Shown here: piece by piece, positions 40,590-49,672 of the stretch
Position numbering within the stretch: position 1 is the first letter of the stretch
How the letters are laid out: every line of letters starts with the position of its first letter
NCBI GenBank assembly: GCA_947175875.1
Contig: CAMWON010000001.1
Coordinates: forward strand, 81,809-145,808
Source of the DNA: an uncultured Alphaproteobacteria bacterium
GTDB taxonomy: Bacteria > Pseudomonadota > Alphaproteobacteria > Rs-D84
Length of the DNA: 64,000 nucleotides
Direction of reading: 5' to 3'
Program-made: the position numbers and the translations under genes
Notes under the pieces: generated by a model
The model's database searches: none
Told to the model about the DNA's origin: nothing
The model's input: the letters and a program-made list of their open reading frames with translations, nothing else

Positions 40590-40669
40590 CCAATTATTTT
40601 ATTGCAATCTATGTAATCTGTAATACACTTTGGGGCCAGAGAGGGAATGCAACAAAAGGGTAAGTTGTT

Positions 40670-41080
40670 ATGAAAAAGATATTCCTTGTCTCTGTTCTTT
40701 CCATTTTTTGTGCGGGCGTCGCGTTGGCGTCGGATATGCTGCCGGCGGGCGGTTATTATGAAACCGAAAGCGCCGATTGCGACATGAACGCAATGCGGGC
40801 CGAATTGGACCGTGCCACGGCTGCGCGTCGTGCGGTAATCACGGTTGTGCGCTGCACGCCGCGTGCGGCGGACCGGGATATGGCGCTGGACGCGTCCTAT
40901 GACGCGGAATATGCGACGTTTGATGATGGTTGCATGGATTGCGCCGCCCCGATAGAGCGCGTGATAGACCGCCGCGTATATGTTGAAGAAACGGTTCTGC
41001 AGTATCGTCCGGTTCTGCGCTATGTCCCGGCTGGAACATATTCGCGCACACGCCGTGTATGCAACGAATGCGATATGTAA
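40670..41080 (+). CDS. Secreted hypothetical protein (136 aa, 6 Cys incl. C-terminal CNECDM)
   Basis: Signal peptide MKKIFLVSVLSIFCAGVALA. RBS-like AAGGGTAAG. Confidence 0.5.
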   Translation: MKKIFLVSVLSIFCAGVALASDMLPAGGYYETESADCDMNAMRAELDRATAARRAVITVVRCTPRAADRDMALDASYDAEYATFDDGCMDCAAPIERVIDRRVYVEETVLQYRPVLRYVPAGTYSRTRRVCNECDM

Positions 41081-41191
41081 AATAGTCTTGCACAACCGGC
41101 GCAAAAGCGCTAAACTTTGCATATAAACATATGCCTAAAAAAAACCACCGATAAAAACGGTGGTTTTTAATTTATAAAAAATCCCAGACTT

Positions 41192-41773
41192 ATGCATTTT
41201 TTTATTCCCCCTATTATGCCTAAGGAAAACGGTCCTTTTTTTGCGGCGCTATTTACTGCGGGCGGTGTAAATGGTGAAGATTTATCTTGTGCCGATTGCT
41301 ACAAGTGTGTTCAGTATGCCGGGTCGAGTTGTGTAAGATGTGTGTATGATTCGAACTATTGTGAAGTTTTGGAGTTCCCAGATGAGGAATGTCAGGGGGG
41401 GGCACAGTGGGACAGCATACAGCGCAAATGCGTCTGCCCTGATACTATTGCGGCGGTTTGTTTCAACCCGTGGGAGTTTTTTGATTCTTCCGACAGTGTA
41501 TGCGGCTGCGCCGGTGTGGCGTGTATATCCGGCAAATATCCTGTGGCGGCCAATACTTGCGCCGATTGTCCGTCGCCGGATTTCACATTGTCGTCCTGCA
41601 GTGTTCAAAGCAGCGTTGGTTATGCAACGGATACGGAAATGCTTATTGGCGGATATAACGGCTGTTATATCCCCGGTGGCTGTGCGGGCAAAGACGATAC
41701 CGGTACGTTCGAACTGATTGCGGATTGTAAGTACAGTACGGCACTGGAAGCCGTAGAGGACGTGGATTACTAA
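41192..41773 (+). CDS. Cys-rich hypothetical protein (193 aa, 20 Cys)
   Basis: CADCYKCVQYAGSSCVRCVYDSNYCEV...CVCPD...CGCAGVACISG...CADCPSPD pattern. The N-terminal signal is weak. Confidence 0.45.
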   Translation: MHFFIPPIMPKENGPFFAALFTAGGVNGEDLSCADCYKCVQYAGSSCVRCVYDSNYCEVLEFPDEECQGGAQWDSIQRKCVCPDTIAAVCFNPWEFFDSSDSVCGCAGVACISGKYPVAANTCADCPSPDFTLSSCSVQSSVGYATDTEMLIGGYNGCYIPGGCAGKDDTGTFELIADCKYSTALEAVEDVDY

Positions 41774-42279
41774 ATCTGAACGCCCATAAAGTATTTTGCG
41801 GCGACACCGATTATAAAAGATGCCGTCGCCACACCGGCACATATCAGCAGCATTTCCGCAAAGCGTTTCATAAACGGCCGGTGTGACACGCGCCCGATGG
41901 CACAGTTGAATCCGAATATTATCAGCACCGCAATTACCCCCATCATGCCCAGCGCCCAAAATCTGTCGGGGATTACGGCAAACGGGAACAGCAGGGCCGC
42001 ACTGGTCCCGACATACATAATTCCGGTGTACAGTGCCGCATTCAGCGCCCGTGGGTTTTCGTCCGCGCGCTGGGCCTGGTAATTGGCGGCGGCCATGGAC
42101 AGGCTGGCCGCGACGGCGGCGATTGCGCCCGTCATGATGATTATCTTTCGGTCCGCGATTGCAAACGTCAGGCCCGCGATAATTCCGCTTAATTCCACCA
42201 GTGCGTCATGCATCCCCAGCACCAGCGCCCCCGTATATTCAAAATGCCTTTTATTCTTCATATCCATTGATTTTACCAT
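41770..42279 (-). CDS. VIT1/CCC1-family membrane protein (putative Fe/Mn transporter)
   Basis: LVLGMHDALVELSGIIAGL motif plus several TM helices. Confidence 0.7.
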   Translation of the reverse strand: MVKSMDMKNKRHFEYTGALVLGMHDALVELSGIIAGLTFAIADRKIIIMTGAIAAVAASLSMAAANYQAQRADENPRALNAALYTGIMYVGTSAALLFPFAVIPDRFWALGMMGVIAVLIIFGFNCAIGRVSHRPFMKRFAEMLLICAGVATASFIIGVAAKYFMGVQI

Positions 42280-42337
42280 GCCGCGTTTTTGCGTGCCCCA
42301 AGATTGATATCCTGGCCGATTATGGTATGATTACGGT

Positions 42338-42874
42338 ATGCGTATGGCAAGAAAGGATTTTGTCGGCGACCCGATGACAGTGGCGCGGCGATTGGTCGGC
42401 GCATATCTGTGCCGCCGTATGGCGGATGGCACGGTTGTCCGCGCGCTTATATCGGAACTGGAACTCTACACCCAGGCCGAGCGCGGATGTCACGCGTATA
42501 ACGGATGTACCGCGCGAAATGATGCGATGTTTATGCCTGGCGGTCACGCGTATGTATATTTGTGTTATGGCCTGCATAATATGCTAAATATCGTTGTGGG
42601 TGATGCCGATTATGCCGCGGCCGTCTTAATTCGTGCATTGGAAATGCCCGGATGCGCGGGGCCGGGGCGATTAACAAAAACGCTGGGGATTACGCGCGCG
42701 GATAACAAGATGGATTTATGTTCGCCGGATTGCGCCATGTGGTTGGAGCCGCGTGCGGCTTGCCCGAAAATTGTCTGCGGGCCGCGTATCGGGATAGATT
42801 ATGCCGGGCCGGACGCGGCGTTGCCGTGGCGCCTGGGCCTGGCGGACAGTCCGCATCTCAGTCGGCCCTTTTAA
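42338..42874 (+). CDS. mpg: DNA-3-methyladenine glycosylase (Mpg/AAG family)
   Basis: ARRLVGAYL...ELELYTQAERGCHAYNGCTARNDAMFMPGGHAYVYLCYGLHNMLNIV matches the MPG-family core. Confidence 0.85.
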   Translation: MRMARKDFVGDPMTVARRLVGAYLCRRMADGTVVRALISELELYTQAERGCHAYNGCTARNDAMFMPGGHAYVYLCYGLHNMLNIVVGDADYAAAVLIRALEMPGCAGPGRLTKTLGITRADNKMDLCSPDCAMWLEPRAACPKIVCGPRIGIDYAGPDAALPWRLGLADSPHLSRPF

Positions 42875-43443
42875 TTGATTTCAACCGCACCCCGTCGGGC
42901 GACGGTTATTTTGTCGCCGTCCAATATTGCAACAGTGCTGGGGCGGCCGCCCATTTTTTCATATGCGTTGTCTATAACAATTATGTCGGGAAACGTCGCG
43001 CGAATTTCATCGGCCGTTTTCAGCGGTTCCATCCCCGATATGTTTGCCGACGAAGTCGCCAGACAATGCCCGTCAATAACGGCGCACAAATCCTGAAACG
43101 GTTTGTATGCCGGCACGCGCACGCCGCCGAATACGAATGTGTCCGCGCCCGCCACCGGCACCCCCAGTGTTAATGCGCCCGGCCAGTACTGCGCCGCCAA
43201 TTCAAACGCGGCCGCCGGATATCCGTTCATATACGGTCTGATGTGTGCCGCGCTGTCCGACATGATAATCAAATGCTTTTCATGCGGGCGCCGCTTTATC
43301 TCGAACAGTGCGTCCGCCCCGCGCCGCGTCGGCAGCGCCCCCAGCCCCCACACCGTGTCCGTCGGGAATGCGATGACGCCACCCGCCTTTAAGTGCGCGT
43401 TCAGTCGCTTGATAAAATCCAAATCGTTCAAATCTGTGTTCAT
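42871..43443 (-). CDS. tsaC: L-threonylcarbamoyladenylate synthase (TsaC/YrdC family)
   Basis: YrdC-domain motifs (GGVIAFPTDTVWGLG, ...SSANISG). Confidence 0.85.
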   Translation of the reverse strand: MNTDLNDLDFIKRLNAHLKAGGVIAFPTDTVWGLGALPTRRGADALFEIKRRPHEKHLIIMSDSAAHIRPYMNGYPAAAFELAAQYWPGALTLGVPVAGADTFVFGGVRVPAYKPFQDLCAVIDGHCLATSSANISGMEPLKTADEIRATFPDIIVIDNAYEKMGGRPSTVAILDGDKITVARRGAVEIN

Positions 43444-43447
43444 GTGA

Positions 43448-44005
43448 TTAAAAGCTGTAGCTTGCGGACAGACCTGTAAAATTAAACCCGCGGTTTATTT
43501 CCGTGAAATCGCCGTTAGAGAAATGCAGCGTAAAAAATTCGGCGCGCCAGTTGTCGGATATGTTTTTTCCGATAAAGAACTTTTCCCCGAACACCAGGCG
43601 GCTGGCGACATATCTGTCGTGTGAATCGCGCATATACGGCCCGATGCCGCCGCCGATATAAAATCCGCGCCACGATATTGGCGCCACGTCCCATGATATC
43701 CCGACGCCCAGGAATGACAGCCCGCGTGATGAATTGTAGCCGAAGTTTTGCACCACATTGAAATTCTGGCGCGCCGGCAGACGGAACAGAGTCATCGGCT
43801 GGCTGTACTGGGCCATTATCATGGTCTGGGGCATTATGTCCCATTCAAACGGATTGACCAGCTTAAACAGGCTGCCCGGACCGGTCCCCTGGCCGACGTA
43901 CATTGTAACGGAATTTTGGTGCGATGCACCGAACATCGGGTTCATGCCGGCATTTGCCGTCACTGGAATCGCACAGGCGATAAACATACACGTAATTTTC
44001 TTCAT
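43448..44005 (-). CDS. Outer-membrane acyloxyacyl hydrolase, PagL-like (lipid A deacylase family), putative
   Basis: Signal peptide, an aromatic-rich beta-barrel-like sequence, and a C-terminal HFSNG motif resembling the PagL catalytic His/Ser region. Confidence 0.45.
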   Translation of the reverse strand: MKKITCMFIACAIPVTANAGMNPMFGASHQNSVTMYVGQGTGPGSLFKLVNPFEWDIMPQTMIMAQYSQPMTLFRLPARQNFNVVQNFGYNSSRGLSFLGVGISWDVAPISWRGFYIGGGIGPYMRDSHDRYVASRLVFGEKFFIGKNISDNWRAEFFTLHFSNGDFTEINRGFNFTGLSASYSF

Positions 44006-44214
44006 ACCCCGATTATACAACATTGCAATCGATGTATCAAATAAAGTTGACATTATAAGGATTTTTTCCTTTTTGCAGTATCGCGCACGCGGGTTTTCTT
44101 ATTTACAGAGCTGTCTGAAAATGTTATAATTGCTACAAACAGACGAGGAGGCGCGGTCTCCTACGTCCTGAAAACAGTAGGTTTCCGGGCTTTCCCGGAT
44201 ACAGGGAGTTATTT

Positions 44215-46302
44215 ATGAAAAACCGTAATTTCGGGGATGTTTTCAAAAATGTGGTCGGCACAATGTTTTTGCTGGCCGGCGCCGGGTTTGTTTGTTCGAC
44301 CCTGTTGTCGATGCGCGCCGTGTTCGCAGATCCGATTGCACCGACGGCGGGTGTCGCCACGGGGCAGGTATCGTCGCAGCGCGGTGCAACCGCGCGCACA
44401 TCCGGCCGCACCGCCTCGTCGCGTACAAACGCATCCACGGTTGCACGCACAACATCGGCGCCGGCCGCCGCGCGCAGCGTGACCGGCCGTCCGGTTGTCG
44501 CATCGCGCACCACTGCCGCCGCCACGCCGTCTGCAACAACGCAATCGCGCAGTGTGACGTCCCGCACGACCACGTCGGGTCGTAATACCGCATCGCGTAC
44601 CGGAAACGCATCGCGCAGTGTTGTTGCCCGCACCGCCACAAACAGCAACGCCCGCGTCTCTTTGACCGGCAGTGCAATCCGCGGCAGCAAGGCCAACACC
44701 ACATCGACCGCGTACACATATCTGACCAATAAGCTATACACCGGCAACTATTCGAATATTATCGACCCGACGACCGGTCTTATCTCGGCCGATGCATATA
44801 ACAACTGTCTGGAATCGTACTACACCTGCATGGACGAAATCTGCACGGCGCGTAACGCGGCACAGCGCAGATGCGCCTGCGCCGGCCGTGTAAAGGCATT
44901 TGCAGAGGCGGAAACGGCGCTGGAATCCGCGAACGAGGAATTGATTAAAGTATCGGGCGAGCTGGCATTGCTGATTGCGACCAAGGGCAAGGATGTTAGT
45001 CAGGCGTTCCAGTTGACCGATGCGGAAAAAGTTATGAACTGTGTTTCTTGGCGTGATGCAAGTAAGAACGGTACTGCCTCTGAGACGGATTTTGGCGATT
45101 GGTGCGCGGCGCACGGAATTTACGACAATTCCTGCAGCAACAAAAGCGCCCCGTCATATTGTAAGTCAACCGGAAACACGTTTGACTTTGATATCGCGGA
45201 TTTGGACGGCACGGGCAGTGATATTTTGGCCTCGCTTCAGTCTTGGGCCAATGCAAAGGAACAGACGCTGACCATCATTACAAATGATGATGATAATCTG
45301 TTTGATTCGGCTTTGAACCTGTCGGGTGTTGTAAACGGTCTGACCGGAATCACGGGTTCTTTGGCGTCCAGTGACAATTTGAAAGATTCCTTGGCCGAAA
45401 CATGGGGCTATGAATTGTTCGAATACGCGCACAACAACGTCTGCAACCGCGTTTTGGACTCCTGCTTTAACGGTATTTACGAGGCGTGCGGCACACCGCC
45501 GTCCACAGGACGCAAGTGCAGCAACGGCGCCGCCCAGTGCCCGTATAACTATAACAGCATGGTATCCGTTTCCAACACCGGTACATATGAATTGAACTTT
45601 GTCACCGGCAACAGCGGCTATACGTCTTCGAATTCCGCAACGTGTTTCGGATACACGTCGTCTTCCGGCGATCCGTACTCCAACCTGCGCGGACCGGTTG
45701 CCGATGCTCGTCGCAGTATTCTGCAGAAATATGCGCTGGATGCGAACGCCGATTGCGACGCATACGGCGAACAGCTGCGTGCGACCGCCCAGAACATCGG
45801 CTATCAGAAAGTCGCCGCGCAACAGGCACTGCAGAAAAAGCGTCTGGAATTCGCCCAGGAAGAGGTTACCACAATTGCCTCCGAATATCGCAGCGCAATC
45901 AGCAATTTCAACGAATGCTTGGCGGAACTGTATGACTGCTATACGACCCAGGAAACATCCAACAAGTCCTGGAGCACCAGCCGCATAAAGACATACTGCA
46001 GCCAGGTGTCGAATGCGCCGCATTGCTATGAACAGATGATTTGCAGCAGCCCGAACAGCACGCTGCAGGCCGTCATCAACAAAGACGACGATGCGACCAA
46101 GGTTTGTGAAAATACGACCGAGTACAAGACGAACACCTGCCGCAATATCATAACGATTGCCGAAATCTTAAGCGGCTCGTACGCCAGTGGCGCGGTCGAA
46201 GGTTCGGCGGTTCAATTGCGCGAGGCCTGCCTGCAAAAGAACGGTATTGAAGGCGTGCGTGATTGGAAAAAGTCCACCACGGATGAAAATGAGGGCTGGT
46301 AA
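44215..46302 (+). CDS. Secreted protein (695 aa) with an N-terminal Arg/Ser/Thr-rich degenerate tandem-repeat tract and a Cys-rich C-terminal region
   Basis: Signal peptide. Repeats run (S/T)R(T/S)... x ~12. Cys clusters include C-x3-YYTCMDEIC and C-x5-C-x3-C-x3-C, resembling the 10940 protein. Confidence 0.65.
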   Translation: MKNRNFGDVFKNVVGTMFLLAGAGFVCSTLLSMRAVFADPIAPTAGVATGQVSSQRGATARTSGRTASSRTNASTVARTTSAPAAARSVTGRPVVASRTTAAATPSATTQSRSVTSRTTTSGRNTASRTGNASRSVVARTATNSNARVSLTGSAIRGSKANTTSTAYTYLTNKLYTGNYSNIIDPTTGLISADAYNNCLESYYTCMDEICTARNAAQRRCACAGRVKAFAEAETALESANEELIKVSGELALLIATKGKDVSQAFQLTDAEKVMNCVSWRDASKNGTASETDFGDWCAAHGIYDNSCSNKSAPSYCKSTGNTFDFDIADLDGTGSDILASLQSWANAKEQTLTIITNDDDNLFDSALNLSGVVNGLTGITGSLASSDNLKDSLAETWGYELFEYAHNNVCNRVLDSCFNGIYEACGTPPSTGRKCSNGAAQCPYNYNSMVSVSNTGTYELNFVTGNSGYTSSNSATCFGYTSSSGDPYSNLRGPVADARRSILQKYALDANADCDAYGEQLRATAQNIGYQKVAAQQALQKKRLEFAQEEVTTIASEYRSAISNFNECLAELYDCYTTQETSNKSWSTSRIKTYCSQVSNAPHCYEQMICSSPNSTLQAVINKDDDATKVCENTTEYKTNTCRNIITIAEILSGSYASGAVEGSAVQLREACLQKNGIEGVRDWKKSTTDENEGW

Positions 46303-46332
46303 ACCCGACCGAATATCCGTAAAAATTAAAAA

Positions 46333-46357
46333 ATCCCCCCAATCGGGGGATTTTTTA
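46333..46357 (+). terminator. Terminator (TCCCCCCaatcGGGGGA + T-run)
   Basis: Read directly. Confidence 0.7.
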
Positions 46358-46490
46358 TGGCAAAAATGCATGTTTTGCATAAAATTTTATGCAAAACGCT
46401 TGACTTGGGCGCAAAATAGGATAATATTTGCATAAACTTTTAGGCGTACGCATATGCGTATAAACAAAAATAACAAAAAAGAGAAAGAAT

Positions 46491-46790
46491 ATGAGCGATT
46501 TTGCAATCTTTCAGACCGGTGGCAAACAGTACCGTGTAAAGGCGGGCGACATTATCAAGGTTGAAAAACTGAATGCCGAAGGCAAGGTGGAGTTTGACCA
46601 GGTATTGATGTCCGGTGATAAAATCGGTGCGCCGTTTATTGACGGGGCAAAGGTTGTTGCCGAAGTTGTTGAACAGAAACGCGCGGATAAAATCTTGGTG
46701 TTCAAGAAAAAGCGTCGTCAGAACTATCGTCGCACGGCGGGACATCGTCAGTTTATCACGGTTTTGAAAATCACAGAAATCAAAGGCTAA
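46491..46790 (+). CDS. rplU: 50S ribosomal protein L21
   Basis: [20 protein letters not shown]... is the canonical L21 sequence. Confidence 0.93.
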   Translation: MSDFAIFQTGGKQYRVKAGDIIKVEKLNAEGKVEFDQVLMSGDKIGAPFIDGAKVVAEVVEQKRADKILVFKKKRRQNYRRTAGHRQFITVLKITEIKG

Positions 46791-46822
46791 TTTCTGCATA
46801 AGAAATTAAAGGAGCTAAAACT

Positions 46823-47089
46823 ATGGCACATAAGAAAGCAGGTTCGGCATCTTCGAACGGACGCGATTCAGCGGGACGTCGTTTGGGCGTTAAAAAAGGC
46901 GGCGGCAGCCGTGTTATCCCGGGCAACATCATTATTCGTCAGCGCGGCACGGCCGTGCATCCGGGCAAGAATGTCGGTATGGGCAAAGACCACACGCTGT
47001 TTGCGAAAATTGCCGGTATCGTAACATTCAAAAAGGGCAACGGCGACCGCAAGACGGTACACGTTGTTCCGGAAGAAGAAGCGAAATAA
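46823..47089 (+). CDS. rpmA: 50S ribosomal protein L27
   Basis: [25 protein letters not shown]...HPG is the canonical L27 sequence. Confidence 0.95.
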   Translation: MAHKKAGSASSNGRDSAGRRLGVKKGGGSRVIPGNIIIRQRGTAVHPGKNVGMGKDHTLFAKIAGIVTFKKGNGDRKTVHVVPEEEAK

Positions 47090-47097
47090 CGCAAAAC

Positions 47098-47126
47098 ACA
47101 ATCCCGCCAATCGGCGGGATTTTTTA
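47098..47126 (+). terminator. Terminator (ATCCCGCCaatcGGCGGGAT + T-run)
   Basis: Read directly. Confidence 0.7.
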
Positions 47127-47193
47127 TTTATATCATCCGATGTGCATAACAGAACTTGCAAACAGGAAATATTTGTCTTAGAATTTCCGCATC

Positions 47194-49257
47194 ATGAAAT
47201 TCAAAAAATTTTTACGCATTCTGTTAAACATAATATTCTGGTGCTTTACCGCGGCGGTTGCGGCATTGGCTGCGCTGGTGCTGATATACGGGCATGATTT
47301 GCCGGACTATAAAAAGTTGGCGACATACGCACCGCCCGTGGCGACGCGCCTGTATGCGTCCGACGGGTCTTTGTTAATCGAGTACGCCGAAGAACGCCGT
47401 GTGTTCATTGATTTTGCAGATATGCCGCCGCAATTGGTAAACGCGTTCATTGCGGCCGAAGACCAGAACTTTTGGACGCATCCCGGCATCGACATGCAGG
47501 GCATAATCCGCGCGGTTGCAAACAATACGCTGGGGGTGCTGGGGTTCCATGCGAATTTTTCGGGCGCATCCACAATCACACAGCAGGTGGCCAAAAATTT
47601 CTTTTTGACGTCGGAACGCACCCTGTCGCGCAAAATAAAAGAGGCGATACTAGCCCTGCGGCTGGAGCGTACTTTTTCCAAGCAGCATATAATGACGCTG
47701 TATTTGAATCAGATATTTTTGGGCGCGCGCGCATATGGTGTTGGTTCGGCGGCGCTGATGTATTTTAACAAGCCGGTCGCGGAATTGTCGTTGGCCGAAT
47801 GCGCGTTTCTGGCCTCGCTGCCAAAGGCGCCGAATAACCGCGACCGTGCGGTCGAACGTCGCAATTATGTTCTGCGCCGTATGGTGGAAGAGGGGTATAT
47901 CACCAAAGACCAAGCGGCCGAGGCCGCGGCCGAAGAGCTGAATATCAACAGCGGCTTTACCGCCCAGATGGAGCCGGAGTTCCAGTATTTCGCCGAAGAC
48001 GTCCGTCGCCAGCTGTTGGGGACAATCGGCCGCGAGCAGCTGTATAACGAGGGGCTGTACATCAAAACGACAATCGTACCTGAATATCAGCGCGCGGCGT
48101 CGGCGGCGTTGAACAAGGCGCTGGATACATATAACAACGGCCGCGGCGGCAAGGAAAAGCTGCAGGGGGCGATTATTGTCATGAATCCGCACACGGGACG
48201 CGTTCTGGCCATGGCCGGCGGGCGCAGCTTTGCGGAAAGCTCTTTCAATCGCGTAACCCAGGCGTATCGCCAGGTGGGCTCCACAATAAAGCCGTTCGTG
48301 TATCTGGCGGCGCTGGAGCGCGGCATGTCGCCAGAGGCATTGTTGCTGGACGCGCCGATTGTAGGTGTTCGTGAAAACAACATGATTTGGAAGCCAGAAA
48401 ATTATGACAAGAAATTTTTGGGCGACGTGCCGTTGCGTCTGGCGCTGGAAACATCGCGCAACGTGCCGGCGGTGCGTCTGGTTGAACAAATCGGCGTTCG
48501 TGACGCCATTGACGCCGCCCAGCGTTTTGGTGTGTATCCGGCCGATATGAAGAATATGAACCTGTCTTTGGCACTGGGGTCGGGCGAAACGACATTGGCG
48601 CGTCTGGTCACGGGATATGCGGCGTTTATAAACGGCGGCCGCGCAATAGAGCCAAAGTTTGTCGATTATATAGAAGACAGATACGGCCGCCTGGTCGGTG
48701 GCACTGCACCGGAAATGGTGGAATGGTCCGAAGATTTGTTGCCGCCGGCCGCGGACGATGCCGGTGACGCATTGTCCGATCCGCAGAGTCTGTATCAGAT
48801 AGTCTCCATCCTGCAGGGTGCGGTGGAACGCGGCACGGGCAAGCAGGCGCGTGTTGCCGGCCATACCATCGCGGGCAAGACCGGAACAACAAACGATGTA
48901 AAGGACGTATGGTTTGTCGGATTCTCCAAAAATTTAATTACGGGCGTTTATCTGGGCTATGACACGCCGCGCCCGCTGGGGCGTGGCGCCGGCAGCCATA
49001 TGGCCGCCCTGGCGTTTGCGGACTTTATGACAGTCGCACTTGCCCCGGAAAAGAATCAACCGTTTGCGGTGCCCGACGGATTAACGTTTATGCGTGTTAA
49101 CCGGCGCAGCGGCGCGTCCGCCGCGTCCGACCCCGACGGCGTGATTATAACCGAGGCGTTCAAGCCCGGCCAGCGTCCCAACCCCGCGCCGCGCCGCGCC
49201 GCATCCGGTGACGGCCAGGCGCCGGCCGCATCGGCGGTTGTCGGTGGTGTATTTTAA
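47194..49257 (+). CDS. mrcA: Class A penicillin-binding protein (PBP1A-type transglycosylase/transpeptidase)
   Basis: N-terminal TM, GT51 motifs (EDQNFWTHPGID, GASTITQQ, RKIKEA) and transpeptidase motifs (SxxK region, KTGTT). Confidence 0.88.
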   Translation: MKFKKFLRILLNIIFWCFTAAVAALAALVLIYGHDLPDYKKLATYAPPVATRLYASDGSLLIEYAEERRVFIDFADMPPQLVNAFIAAEDQNFWTHPGIDMQGIIRAVANNTLGVLGFHANFSGASTITQQVAKNFFLTSERTLSRKIKEAILALRLERTFSKQHIMTLYLNQIFLGARAYGVGSAALMYFNKPVAELSLAECAFLASLPKAPNNRDRAVERRNYVLRRMVEEGYITKDQAAEAAAEELNINSGFTAQMEPEFQYFAEDVRRQLLGTIGREQLYNEGLYIKTTIVPEYQRAASAALNKALDTYNNGRGGKEKLQGAIIVMNPHTGRVLAMAGGRSFAESSFNRVTQAYRQVGSTIKPFVYLAALERGMSPEALLLDAPIVGVRENNMIWKPENYDKKFLGDVPLRLALETSRNVPAVRLVEQIGVRDAIDAAQRFGVYPADMKNMNLSLALGSGETTLARLVTGYAAFINGGRAIEPKFVDYIEDRYGRLVGGTAPEMVEWSEDLLPPAADDAGDALSDPQSLYQIVSILQGAVERGTGKQARVAGHTIAGKTGTTNDVKDVWFVGFSKNLITGVYLGYDTPRPLGRGAGSHMAALAFADFMTVALAPEKNQPFAVPDGLTFMRVNRRSGASAASDPDGVIITEAFKPGQRPNPAPRRAASGDGQAPAASAVVGGVF

Positions 49258-49311
49258 TTTCGAATCGCTTTTCTTTGTGGTATAATTGCCCCCGTACGGG
49301 GGCGATTTGAT

Positions 49312-49617
49312 ATGAAAAAAGTATTTTTATTTTCTGTTATTTGTGCATCGTTGGCCGCCTGTGACGGCGAAAAAAAATCCGACGTTATTGTTCAGCAGTG
49401 CGGTGATTATACCGTTGAAATAACATTGGATGATACGGGCGACAAAATAAACGCCGTTCTTAACGGTGATGCGGTTGAACTGGCAAATGTTGTCGCGGCG
49501 TCCGGGGCGAAATTCGACGGTGTTTTAAACGATACCGCCGTCACTTTGTGGAACAAGGGCGAAATGTGGACGATGATTTTAGACGGCGACATGATTGTTG
49601 AATGCGTCGCTAAATAA
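49312..49617 (+). CDS. mliC: MliC-family lipoprotein (membrane-bound inhibitor of C-type lysozyme), putative
   Basis: Lipobox LAAC, two Cys, and the ...AASGAKFDG...LWNKGEMWTMILDGDMIVEC pattern typical of MliC/PliC (SGxxY, KGDEA). Confidence 0.6.
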   Translation: MKKVFLFSVICASLAACDGEKKSDVIVQQCGDYTVEITLDDTGDKINAVLNGDAVELANVVAASGAKFDGVLNDTAVTLWNKGEMWTMILDGDMIVECVAK

Positions 49618-49672
49618 GATTTATTTTCCTTAAATTGTATGATAAAATGGTCGGCATAAGAAGGAGATTTTT

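Noticed and set aside
44133-44747. 204-aa minus-strand ORF over the repeat tract of the 44215 gene, plus 44209-44719 ORFs
   Set aside because: The GC-rich Arg/Ser/Thr repeat DNA is open in several frames. Only the plus frame has a signal peptide and continues into a 695-aa protein.
47650-48864. 404-aa antisense ORF opposite mrcA
   Set aside because: It is antisense to a conserved PBP with clear motifs and has no RBS or start context.
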